Source of the DNA: Vicugna vicugna
Taxonomy: Eukaryota
NCBI GenBank assembly: GCA_013265495.1
Contig: MU058065.1
Location: 1-64,000, forward strand
DNA: 64,000 bases
Direction of reading: 5' to 3'
Shown here: one piece after another, positions 1 to 12,904 of the stretch
How the letters are laid out: every line of letters starts with the position of its first letter
How positions within the stretch are numbered: position 1 is the stretch's first letter
Translations under genes and position numbers: made by a program
Notes under the pieces: generated by a model
Database searches by the model: none
The model's input: the letters and a program-made list of their open reading frames with translations, nothing else
What the model was told of the DNA's origin: nothing

Positions 1-169
1 AGAATAAGGAAAGAATTTCACGAGTTACTGGAAAAGGAGACAGAGTGGCCAGGATGGTTCAGGTGAGCAGGAGAGAGTTCCTGTCTCCTCTCTGATTAGT
101 CGGAGACTTACGGTAAAGCAAGTTTGAAGAACTGCAGAAGAGGAAGGGGAAGGACAGCTGGGGGATTAA

Positions 170-370
170 GAACTAGAGTTGGAGACCCAGTTTTAACTCC
201 AGGTGGCCTCGGGTCAGTGGACAAGGTACTGAGACGCTCCGTGCCTTGGTTTCCTCATCTGAAGAATGGGGACAGCCACTGAACTTGTAGAGGGTTGTGG
301 TCTGCCTTTAGTTAGTCAATACACATACAGGGCTTCGAGCAGTGCCCAGTGCACATGTGCTATTCATGTT
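170..370 (+). mobile_element. MIR SINE remnant
   Basis: MIR core-like text gtgccttggtttcctcatctgaagaatgggga and 3' agcagtgcccagtgcacat; boundaries approximate. Confidence 0.6.
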
Positions 371-3300
371 TTCATGATCATCACCTGGGATGGGGGCAGA
401 ACCAGTATCGCGCGCTCCGAGAATGAGATCCTTGGAGCAACAGGCTCTGGAGTCAGAGACTGAGTCGAGGTGCGAACCCAGGCCCATTACATTTAATTTC
501 AAAGCGTCAGTTGTGCCCCACCTCACGAGTTCTTGTAAAAAGTTAATTTAAAAAATGCACGTAATGTACTCGGTGTGCCCGGGACATAAACGGGGCTGGC
601 TAAATGTCAGTGCTTAAGGGCTCATGACCATTATTATCTTTTTGGAGAAATCTCTGAGAGGACTGAAAGGAATGCCAAAAGAAAAATTTTCCTAAGTGAC
701 TTAAGATTAAGTGGAGAGACATGTGGAAGAGGAGGAAGAGAAATACGGAGATGCTCCATCGAGTGCCTTCTCTGGGCCGATGCCCTCTCCTCCTGTCTCC
801 GGCGGCCGCCACCCCAGCCCCACGAGGAGGGCTTAACTCCCAAGCATCCCCATAAATGCCCTAATTACCTTGTTCCTGGGGAAGGACAGACAGCTGGGAT
901 TCCAACTGGGGCCTGACTGTGAAGCCCACACCTCATCGAGGTGTGAAAGCAAGGCAGCCAAGGGCTTCATCACAGGCTGAGGGGTATGCCGATTCTAAGC
1001 TCTCCCTTCCTTTTTCCTTTTTTTCTCCTTTTACGTATATTTAAAAACACAGTAACTGAATTCTTGATAGGCAAAGCTTGTTCTGCTGGCTGGCTAAACT
1101 TTCCCTGGTAACTACCATGAGATAACTACTGAAAGACAGTTTTAGATTAAGGCCGGTTAACCAGTTTCAATTTTAATCCCCTTACGTACCAACTTGACAA
1201 CAGTCCACAAAAGAGAGAGTTATTCTCGTTTTAGGTTCTGTTTTAAAAGGTCCTTCCAGAGATGCACATTTCTGACAGTGTGAAGGTGGTCTGTCTTACG
1301 GATGCTGTGGGGAGCGTTTAGGGAAGGACCACGGAGGGCATCCGCTAAGGTCCCTTCCAGTTCACAGAGCTAAGAGTTCTGCATACAGCAAGATGCCGAT
1401 GCTAGAATTGACGTCCACTGAAAATTCATTTCTGTACAAACGTTATAAAATTCATAAAATATAAGTGGATGACTCCTAATTTTGTCTTAAAAATCAGGCA
1501 ATGTCTTAAAAATCAATCTGGCCAAAAACTCATAGCGTCAAAATAATCAGTATATAGAAAGAAAATCTAGCTGGAGGATGTTCTGGGTCCAGTCACAAGA
1601 GAGCTCAGTGACACGCCAGGTACCAGAGACTCCGCTGGAGTTCCCAGTGTCACGTCACGTTAGAACGCAAGCCGATCCAGCTCATCACTGGAACCCATTA
1701 AACTTATTTTCAAGGATTTTATTTCCCCACTGCTACTCTGGTTGCTCACTGGACACATCTCAAAGCAAGTGTAGGTACCAAAGGGTCCTACTGACAGCCC
1801 TCCTAGGTAGTGCGGGATCTTTAGTAACGATCAGGACGTGCATTACTGCTCTTCAAGTAACTGTTTATTTTTTTTATTGCATTTTATGTTTAAAAATGAA
1901 CTCGGGGGATGTGGTAGAAACAGCTCTGAATGGGGAGTATAATGAGGCAGATTCCAGGATGAACTCAGGGACTGTTCACCCGAGTGCCAATACCCTCTCC
2001 TTCTAGGGTGCAGTGTGCCTCAGTGGTTAGGATCAGGCTGTTTCTAAGGCTCTTACGGAGTTACTGTAATTCCTAGGAGTAACTGCGTGAACAAGAACCA
2101 TGTGTAGTTCTTACACGGCCACACTGCTGGTGCAGGGCTCATACTAACATTTTTTTGCACTGTTTCTGAAAGTGTCAGCTGAGTTTTCAAAGGCACACAG
2201 CCATGCCGTCAGATGATAATCGTCTCTAATTGGTGCTCTCGTGAACTGCAAATTTCCTAACCACTAAAGGGCCTGAAAAAGAAACCTCACTTCTCTGTAA
2301 TAAGAAACATATTAAAAGACAAAATAATTAAAAAAAAATCACGACAAGCAATAATCATTAAAATTCATTGCATTACGTTTATGTTAACATTCCACATCAG
2401 TCATGCCTAGGGAACAGAAGAAACAAAAAAACAAACATGCTATTTTATAATTTCTGAATTGCATGATTTCCAAAAAGGATGCCTATGTGATGCAAGCTGG
2501 TCTTAATGATTTCTCTTTTTTTTTTTTTTGTCATGGAAACATATTAGGAAACCATCCACAACCCTTCCTTCCTTCCATCCATCCCCCATCCACCCCATTC
2601 CTAAATATTCCCAACCACCAGTCACTCTTCTCCTTGATTAGCAACAGTTTCACGCAGGTAATAGCTACTTTTGTTGATGCCTTCCTAGTTCTCTGCCTCT
2701 CTCTCCCCCTGGACTGAGTTCCCTTAAGGCAGAGAACTTGGTTTTTGTTTATCTTCATTTGAGGGGAAGTGGGGTGGCCACCTTGCTCATATCTGGCACA
2801 AAATGGGTTTTCCATATATTCTAAAAACCATAGAACAAACTTAGACATGTAGGTAACTGTTGAAATGGACGGTACTAGGTGTACTTTCAACTAAAAAAAA
2901 TACAAAGTGCCCACTGCATTCTGCTAGATCTTAACAGTGCCACAGAGATAAATGGGAACCTCTCACCTTGGTCCTCAAGGCATTCCCCACCTGAAGGAAA
3001 CACCTGCCAGACTCACCAGGGGAGCTCAGCAAGCAACCCCGGTGCCCGGGCCCCCACCCCCCACCCCCCACCGGCTGTGGGTTCTGACTTATTTGGAGGT
3101 CAAGGCACTGATTCCAACAGGCAGCCAAGGGTTGAGAACATCCAAAATCTCTGAAACAGCTCCTCTAGCTACTTAACACGTGCTGGTTAACTCATGTCTG
3201 GTCTCATCTTCCAGGCCTCGGCTGCACCACGGTCACGGCTCCTTTACTGACACACACTGGACATCAACGGTCATTCTCCTTTCTCCAGAAATCAAGTGAG

Positions 3301-3799
3301 GTCGCTGAAGTCAGGGAAAAATTTAACTCTCCTTGATGTCAGCGAGCTGTGTCTTCTATAAAGGTCCACGCTCCTTCACTTACTAGCGTCTTTCTGTTGA
3401 ACTGGAAGATTGTATCTACAGCTAGCTGAGTGTTACCTGCGGTTTGGAAAACATCTGGGAATTTCACATTCCCTGGACACTCACAGGTCTCCACCGAAGC
3501 CCGGAAAACCCCCAACTGTGAAATCTGTGCGAGAAATCCCCAAAGGAAGCGTAAAGCTGACCAAGAAGACATTAACCTCTCTTTGAAACACTTAATTTGA
3601 AACTTTTTGACGAATATTTTACAGAAAACTGTAACTCATTAAAATTTCTACTTTCATTCCAGTAGAAATGAGTATGGATACAAAAAACAAGCTCACTAAG
3701 CTAGTAAAATCCTAACAGCATTCAGAATACTAATGACAACTATACTCATTATTAATTAAAATATCATGATGATGCTACCAATACGATGTGAAAGGCAGA

Positions 3800-4055
3800 A
3801 TGAGGTAAAGATTAGTACACAGACTCTGGACCCAAGACTGCCTAGGCCTAACTCTTAGTGCTGTCTTATTGGCTAAGAGACCTCAGTTTGCCTCCCTTCG
3901 GTTCAGTCTCTATAATGGGTACATAGTTAACACTCACCCCATTGGTGGCTGTTGGACTGAGTGAACACATATACACACACGTAAGCACACGTGCACACAC
4001 ACATCAACACGCATACATCAGTCACTTATAATGGTGCCCAGCATGTAGTAATTCA
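3800..4055 (+). mobile_element. MIR SINE remnant
   Basis: agactctggacccaagactgcctagg...cctcagtttgcc...tataatggg...gtgcccagcatgtagta; boundaries approximate. Confidence 0.55.
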
Positions 4056-7000
4056 CTTAAATTCCATCTCTCTTCCCTGTAACCCAATCCCCATGCATAG
4101 AGTGAGCTTAAAATCCTGATTTGAGCTCTCTGCCCCTCTACTTACAACCCTTAATGGCTTCCACTGTCCCCAGGGTCCCCCTGAAACACAACATCCTGGG
4201 CCTTTCACAGTCATATTCCCACCCACCTGGCCACTCTGGTCCCCACACTGGAAACATACTGCAGCCACCACCATCTACAGCGTACAGCGGGTCATCCTCT
4301 CATCTCGGGCCTTTACCATTTCCCCCTCACTCCTTCATTCACATCCTTTAGTAACTTCTCATCACATTTGGGGGGAAATCAAAATTCTTAGATGGCTCAT
4401 GGTCTGGAACCCACTCATTCAAATTTAGGATCAATATCCTGACTGCCCCGAACTTAAGGAATTATACATTCATTCATACATTCATTCGTACGAGAAAGGA
4501 TGCGACTCCCTGAACATTCTCTCCGCCGATCTGTGAGGCAGTGAAGGCTCCCACAGATGTCACGACATCACAGCAGCCACTCAAGAGGAAGACCTGCGAG
4601 TTTTGGGTAAATGGTATCCTGTCTGTGTATCTCTCTCTTCTGTTTGATACAGGTGCAATTTTAAATTTATTTCCCTGTTAAACAGTTGTTTGTCTGTTCA
4701 TGTGACGGCCAACAGCAGAGAAAGACGCCTTTTTCAGAAAATACAAGTCTGGGTGCTTTAAGGACCGTGCTCATTTGATCTCATTATTCTGCCAGTTAAT
4801 TGACAGGAAAGAGTGTCCTAATTGCTCGTTAACTCCAAAGATGTCCCCCTTGCCTGGTGCCGAGGTCTCAGAGACACGGGGCACACAGCAGCTTCACAGC
4901 TGCTGCTGCTGCAGGGACAGAGCATGCGGTCTGCACAGCTAAACACCAGCTGAAAACCAGCAGATGTTTCCAGTTTGGTTTCACACGATCCCATCTACGA
5001 TACGGCAGAGTTTGGTGCTGAGCTGTTTTCCCCTCAGGCTGCTACGACGAGCCACATTGCTGATTAAAGACCATCTTCCGGGGCCACAAGGGTTTTTTCC
5101 ACAGCCGCTGCTTCTGGGACTTGTTTTTGGCTCGACTGTCATCTGCCAAAATGGCAACCGGTTCAAAAGGCTCCCCGAGAAAGGCATTCCTTGGTGCCCT
5201 TTCCCTTCTGCCCACCCCGGTCCCCACACGCAGGGCCAGCTGCTGCTTCAGCAAGGAGAACAGCGGAACAGAAACAAGGCACCCACGCAGGCGGTGCGCA
5301 GGGTCCCCCCAGCTCCCCTCCTCAGAGCACACGCGGAGATCCGGAGCTCCATGGAACAGCTGTGCCCACGTGCCACCGAGCACTGTCGCCATGCTTCTCC
5401 GACACATAGAACATTAAAATGGTATCGGCAAATAATTAGGGCTACCAAGGCGCAAGGAAACACTGTTCATAACCTGGCAAGTGTCACGGTGCCAAAGCTA
5501 TGTTCCAAATGGGCCTCGCTGGGCCTGAGTTATCTTAGCCAGGGGCCTGGTTCCCTCCTCACCCCTGTATGTCTCACCAAAAAGCATCCTTGACACGATG
5601 GTAAATTATGTGGGGTTGAAAGTTTATCTTTGTCACAGCATGTGCCGAAAGAAGGGCCCTGCTAACCCCCAGAGATGCAGCGTATTTAAAGTTGTAATGA
5701 AGACAGCAGGTGTTTTATACAGATGTCACTTCTTTTGGAAGACGCTTATTAAACACTTTATCTCCCTTAATGTCACTGGGCTAAGGTACATTTTATTTCA
5801 GCATCAACCCAGCCAAAAGCAAACTGTTTCCTTTTAGTCTCACTGAGCTGAAAATTAAAAACCACTGGGCTTTGGGTTGTTTGATTTGTGGAGAATCCTG
5901 AACGCGATGATTCGAGAGTCAACCCCTACTGTTTTCCAGTAACACGGAACCGTATTTTGCGATGTGAAAATGCTCTTCCACAGAGAGCATGCCAGATTCC
6001 CTTTTCCCTTGGTGACCCAAATCTCTGAGTTCCAACCACCACGTACCATCCACTGAGATAAAGCGGCATCGATTCGAAAGGACTGTGCTCGAAAAAATGG
6101 ATGCTGCTTTAAATTTTGTACACTGTAAAGTCCAATGGAAAGGCCTGATGCCATGGTTCCTAAACGGTGTGCCAAAGCACCCTCAAGCTAAGACGGGATC
6201 CAGCATGTCTTGGAACCCTTATGGAAGCAATCACTGTGGCAGTCAGGGAGAGCTAGCTACTAGTCACCGAAGCCGTGGGTCTCCTTGCCCAAAGTGTGTG
6301 GGTAACTCTAGCCTGGAAGGTTTGAAGCAGAGATGAGGAGGCAAAGAAGGAAATATGCAAAAAGAAGTGGAGACAGGACCGAGAGAGGCCCCAGTCTGGA
6401 TACTCGCCTCTGCTCCGTCTCCCTCATCACTCTTACCGTCCAGTAAGTAGCCCACAGAGGCCGGAGGTGAAAGCATGGGGTGCAGTTTTCTCTGCATTTC
6501 TCTACAAAAAACAGCCTGATGCTTTTAATGGGACTGGATTGTGGAGAACATCAAAGAAGAGGGAGGCTAATGTTGAATATTTTCATCAATGCATAGATCT
6601 TCCCATTTTCTCTTTATAAAGGTTCTACATGATTTTGCAGGAATTTTAGAAAACGATGCCCAAGTAAGAAAAGAAGCCACTGTGATCTTATTCCTGAGAA
6701 GTAAGGGTGACTGACATTTTGTAAAACACTGTTCCAGTCTTTCTGATAGTACATTTACTAGGTTTTACAAAAAGAAACGTGTTTCTACTAAGAATATTGC
6801 TGTATCCTATGTCTCATCTGACTCTCTGTGGACCTGCTTCTCTTGTTAATGGCTGAGTAGTATTCTAGATCATGATTTATTTCACCTATTTCCTTTTGAG
6901 GCATGATGGGCCATTTGTGATTTCTCCAAAGCAGAGGTGTACAATGTAATTTTAATCGGCTTAATATTTATAGTAATCTTAATAACGCTGCGCAATTTTG

Positions 7001-10000
7001 GTGCTGTCTTACAACACAAGTAGATTTAAATAACCCAGACGTGACACAGGAAGACCGCTGGTCCTTAATTGAGATTCATGAAGATACATAAATACGTATT
7101 ACGCATGGCTCTCACAGCTGGCTCTCCATAACAAGTACAACAGAATTATAAATAGTTCTGAGTCCTTGGAGAGCTGCCGTGTGACGAAACGAGACCACTC
7201 TGAAAGCCGCTTGTGATTCTGCAAGAAGTGGAAACCAACATGACTCGATTTTTTTTCTCACTAGCAACACAACACAACAAAACGGATGGAACACGTGCCA
7301 CTCTGAGCGAGATACAAGAGGCTGAGCAGACAGTGAAAAGCTGCATGTGAATGAGTCCTATTAACGAGTGGCTGGAGTACCGGGTGGTGCGTAGCTCCAC
7401 CTAAAACCTGGATGTCCCAAGGCACGCTTAGCGCAAGCACGGTTATCCTTTTGTTGTGAGTCTTGTCTGTCTTACAGAGAAAGCCCCTGAAGAAAACTTG
7501 AGTACTTTTTAAATGAACAGTGCAAATATCCTTAATTCAAATGTCCCTAATGTGTCCGTATTAAAAACTGTATTTTCAAACTCACATGCTATAATTTTTG
7601 GTAGAAACAAATGACTGCCCAGCAGATTGTGACTGTTTATAGGAACTTTTTTTTTTCTGGTGTGTGTCCTATTATGTACCTGAGATGCAGGCTTCTTGTG
7701 TAAGAAGGGCATTTTTTTTCCCTGATATAAACTATTTAATTCAAAATTTTTCATTCCTCTCAGGAATTTTTGCTTAAAAAAGAAAAAAACACCAAAACCA
7801 ACCAAACAAAAGAGCTCAGCCGACCATGCGAGGATGACAGTAAGAGAAATGTCACTGTCGTGGTATAAGTCATACTGTCTGTTTAAATTCTGCTAAGACT
7901 ATTGTACAGCGGCCACATCTACTTCAGAGTGTTCAGTGTTCTGGATTCAGGATGATCACAGTGGCCAGTCCATGTCCAAGAACATGAACAAAACTCCAGC
8001 GCAGCCATGTGGGCCGACTACGCGGAGGGCTACGGACGGCGTCGTGCTGGTCTCTTCTGTGACTGACCGTTCACAGCAGCCTAGAAATGCTTTCTCTGAA
8101 GGACTGTGTTGTACAATGTGAAAAGTGTCCCAGCTAGGAATAGAGAAGTCTGGCCTTCTTGTCTCGTGTTTACCACCTAGAACGCGGTCCTGGGTAAGCC
8201 ATTTAAGTTCTCTGGGCTTCTGTTTTCCAATCTAAAACAATGCCTATAATTGCAAATGTTTATTTTGCAGGATTCTGTGTGGGTAGGTGAACCTTCCAGC
8301 ACAGCAGCCATGAGGGAAGAGGCACTCCATCCTCCTTGACCGGGGAAGAATTCACCAAAGCATACACCGTGATTTCTCCTGGGGGCCTACGTTACGGATA
8401 GCTGCAAGGACACACCTCAAATGTGATGTGGTTCTTCTCTGGGTGGTGGGTCTGTGGATTATCTTTTGCCTTCTTTTTAGGGATCTGTATTTTCTACAGT
8501 GAATATATATGCTGCTTTCATAGCCAGAACAAATGTTCTCCAAGTTCTAAAGACCCTAATACCCGAGTTCCAGTACCTGTATCACCTCTCTCAGGCCTTC
8601 AACAAAGTCCACTCGGCACATCTGGGATTCAGAGAGGACTTCCGGAAGAGGACTTAAGCGAAGCTCATTCCCACGGCGAAACGAAAGCAGGACCACCCGG
8701 CAATGACTGCACACATCTGACAAGTGTTAGCACGTACGTGGCAGAGCAGTCTCTCCACGTCATCACCTGTCTCCTTTCCTTCTGAAGACCAGGTGGACTC
8801 CGCCCCGGCGGGAGGAGAAAGCTGAGAGTCCATCAGCAGCCAGCCTGGAAGGCTGTTGGGGAAGCCAGTTCAGGGGTTCAGCTCTGCTCTAGGGTGGACT
8901 CACAGGAGCCCTTGAAATGTGGACCCAATTCAGCACCTTGGGGGGAGGTCCTGACTCCCAGGTCCCTCATGCCTGGGGAACCCAACCTCCTTCACATCAG
9001 CATCTCCAGGGAAGGACACTGTCCATGGTAATCGGGCCACAGTTAACCGACACAGATATAAACTGTGATGGGATATTAAGTCTCTTAACTTCCCTGAGTC
9101 CATTTCCTTTGTAAAATCTAGCCTCAGACAGGATGACATCTAAAGTCACTCTCAGTGCCAGCATGTCAGTTATATCTGCAAATGATGCTGCCTTGTCTCA
9201 TCCTTCACATCATCCACTTTAAAAATAATTTAAATTAGCTCAGCAAAGGGTCACAGCCCCTTCCGCCCCTCCCCAAGACTTAAACTGCAGTTATGTGCTT
9301 AAAAAGCTTACCAGCGTGGCTCTGAATGAACACCACAAGAGACCACCACTCATAGCTAAAGACAGAATGTTAAGACACAGTCATGCAATGCTTTTGATGC
9401 GTACTTAGAAAGCAATGCTTAAAAAGGAATTAGGTTCCAATAAAAAAGAATAAAAGTTTATTCATTGAAAATATCAACTACTGAGTCTATGAAACAGTCT
9501 GGGCCGTCAGCTCAAAAAAAAAAAGATACTGTTTTGTTTCCTATTTTAGTATAGATACATAGAATTAGAAACTTCTTTACACTCTCAGTTGTTTGACTAA
9601 TAAACGTAATATCCACTATAATTATAAAGCACTATTTGACATCTCTCTTCCTACTTGATGCATTTAATAGAAACGATGAGTTTCTTAATCAGGGCTGTAT
9701 TAATAGTTTTCTCCAATTAAGTTTGATCTTGTGAAACACCGAATATACACATCAGTAACCCTGAGATTAAAAACTGTACAGGTAACTTGAGTACCCAAAT
9801 CATCGTATTCGTAAACGTGATATTCTACAAAATTCCAACATAACCTAGGGAATCACAGCTGCCGAGCAGAGAATTTCAGAAATGGGTAAGTGGTCAGCCC
9901 ATTTCAAAGGTTACTATATCTCTTTTCTAAATCTAACATATTGGTTAGCTGAAATGAAGTAAGTCATTTAAATCTCCTGTCGTTCAGCAAAAAGAGGAAT

Positions 10001-10459
10001 ATTTTTGGTTTGAGAGCAAAGTATGAGGTTCACTCATTTCTGTAGCCTCTAATGCTTAACTGTATCATACACACATACAAGGAGCTCAAATAGGGATTTG
10101 CTGAGAAGGAACAGACAAGCAGTGATTTGGAGCAACACGATGCGCGTGCAAGGTAATATTTCTGAAACCGTTAAGACTTAGTAGCCCCAAAGCAGTGTCC
10201 ATGTGTCGGGGAGAATGGAGGGGACATGGCTGGGTGAAATGAACTCATTAGAGCTGTTTATACTTTTACTGTTAAATCCACTCATTAGCATACGAATAAC
10301 GCCTTTCAGCAAATGGTGATTGTGTGGGTAGGTGGCGGAGGACAAATTCTAAATTCACACAAGACCTTTAATGTCGATTTCCCAAATATGTTTAAATTTC
10401 ACATATCATTATTTTTATTTCATTATTTTAGCAAGAACTAAGCTACAGTTAATGTTTTT

Positions 10460-10620
10460 TTTTTAATTTTTTACTTTTGGGGAGGAGGAAGTAATTAGGT
10501 TTATTTATTGATTTATTATTTTAGAGGTCCTGGGGCTTGAACCCAGGACCTTGTGCATGCTAGGCATGCACTCTACCACTGTGCATGCTAGGCATGCACT
10601 CTACCACTGAGCTGTACCTG
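10460..10620 (-). mobile_element. Camelid tRNA-derived SINE (Vic-1-like) with an internal 28-bp tandem duplication
   Basis: Reverse complement reads gtacagctcagtggtagagtgcatgcctagcatgca...ggtcctgggttcaagcccc (A/B boxes), then an A-rich tail with aaacctaattac. Near-identical target-site duplications (TSDs) acagttaatgttttt (10445-10459) and acaggtaatgttttt (10629-10643). Confidence 0.9.
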
Positions 10621-12904
10621 TAAAAACAACAGGTAATGTTTTTAAGTATAGAGCCTGAACAGAAGCCTGCTCCTTTCCGACAGCGCCCTACACAGAACTC
10701 CAGGCCTCTCATTTATTATTTCTCTTCCTGGCGGGGAGAGTCACATGTTGTTTCACAGGTTTGAAAAAGTATGTACTTTCATCTCTTTATATGCGCCATT
10801 TCACATCTAGATACAACCTCGAATATCAAACTTCACTCACTGAAATGAGTATCTCCAACATTAGAGAGTGGTAATCCAAAGCAAGTGTCCTGCACTGAAA
10901 TTGCTTTTAGGAAATCTGGCAGATGGTCCTTTTTCATTACAGAGAAAGTTTTCCTGGGGGAAAACACACTAAATTACTTAGGAAAAAAAAAAAAGTTGAG
11001 TGTTCACACGGAATGAGCCGTACATCTCTGTCCCGGCCTGCAACGAACCTGGCAAGCCAAGCAGGCCAGCCGTGAACATTTGCACGTGTTAAAAATCGCC
11101 AACTGCACCATGCCCACCCTGGGCCAGGGGAGGCTCGTGTAATCGTGCAACTGAAGAAGATACCACCACCAAATGCATGCATTTATCAGCTTAGAGCTGC
11201 CTTAGACAGACGTGTGAATTTATCCAGAAATGATCGTTCATCCGTCAGCCTTGAGACCTGTATGTCAAACACTTGCCAGTATTCCTGACATTTCTCAATA
11301 TCCCCATCTCTTTCTAGCTACGCCCGTCCTCCTCAGTCCCTTACCACAGAATAATGGAAAAGGAAGAGGACCTGATTCAACTCTTTTATTACAGATAACA
11401 ATAATAAAACAAAGGTCTGATCAGACTCAGTGACTCGCACCTCAAGTAAAGCTAGTTCACTGATGAGCCAGGACTGAAGCTCGGAACACTGACTTCCCCT
11501 CCTTTCTCTTTGGACCACACCATAAAAGAGTAAAAGAACATGTACATAATTTACTCCTTCTTTTTTCTCAAAATTTTCCATACAATAAAAAAGAAACAAG
11601 ACAAATGTCACTTCTATATACCTTGGTGTAGCTTCAGTTAAAAAGCAACATGTACAGCTCAGTTAAATTCTCTTTTTACAATTTTTTACTTAAAATGTAT
11701 CTCGATTAGTTCCTATGAACATCTATGCTTATAAAGAGGATTCAAGGATACTGTCAAATGATCTTTTAACAACCAAAGAAAGCCCTGGATATTAATTCAG
11801 AACCCAAATGCCCTTTTCCAGTATGGCTCCCTCAGTAATGTTACACGGAAAGACTTCGCGACAAAGAAGCAATCAGTTTCATTCTGAAGCCAAGACCTCT
11901 GCAGCATATCCCACCACAGCTTCACGTATGGCGAACCAGCAACTCCAGCAGTACAGTGTGGGGCAGGGGTGACAACTCTGCCTAGTTTTCACAAGACAGC
12001 CAGAGTGTGACTGTGGCCATTTGCCTTTCAGAGGAGTCTAAGAAAAGAAGCGCAAGCCACTCCGCATGGCAGTGAGGATTTCCAGCTCTACCCAGTGCAC
12101 ATGCTCCAGGCTGGCAGACAGAAGTTGAAAAGGACATAGCTTTGTACCCAGCCGCCAGCTGAACTTGGTGGCAGGCTATTAAAAAAAAAAAAGGCACAAA
12201 TTATACATGGAAGGATGTGGGGGAGGGAGCAGAGGAAAATGCAATGAGCTAATGTTCCTAGTTGGCATCTGCCTTTTGACTCAAAGAAAGACATGGCTCT
12301 CTTCCAAATTTTTGTATTATTGTGGTATCAGCTGCCTCTTGGACTCATTTATAAAAAAAGCTGAGGCTGCCAACAGAACAAGATTTCTGTTAATGGTAGT
12401 AAATGTGCAAGCCCCTTGAAATAGCAGAGATTGTGGTATTTCTTCTACAAACGCTACCCTGGTAGTAGGATTCCCGGCAGAGCTTTAGGACTTGTGATTG
12501 CGGCCAGGTGCTGTTAAGAAATATGACAACAGCAAGTTCTGATGATAAAAAGCTGCTACCTCAATTCTTTAATTTACTCTTCCAATATATTGAACTCCAG
12601 AACGGTCTGAAGCTAATTGGCACTGAATGTTTCCAACTGGACTGGCATTCGACCAAGTGAACTTCTATTAGTTGGCCCTTTCAAATCTCAGTATTACTGG
12701 TGACTATTACACTTACTTCTTACTCTGAAAACTAGGATTCAAACAAAGAATTAAGCATTTACTGAGCCTTTCTGAAAAGGAATACAGACGTTCCCCAGGG
12801 GTGGGGGGCTGGGAAGGACTACAGATGCTACCTACGTCATGAGGTAAAGATCTCCTTTATAAAAACAAAACAAAACAAAAACTAATAAATAAATGTACCA
12901 AGAT

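Noticed and set aside
600..860. GC-rich Arg-rich minus-strand ORFs considered as the RHBDD1 terminal exon
   Set aside because: No frame gives the expected PPPYGF...EEMRRQRLxRF-like C-terminus, and no suitable phase-1 acceptor was identified.
4964..5593. Longest ORF in the window (209 aa, + strand) with several overlapping ORFs
   Set aside because: No recognisable domain. ORFs are open in several frames on both strands, as expected for GC-rich sequence poor in stop codons. No splice or promoter support.
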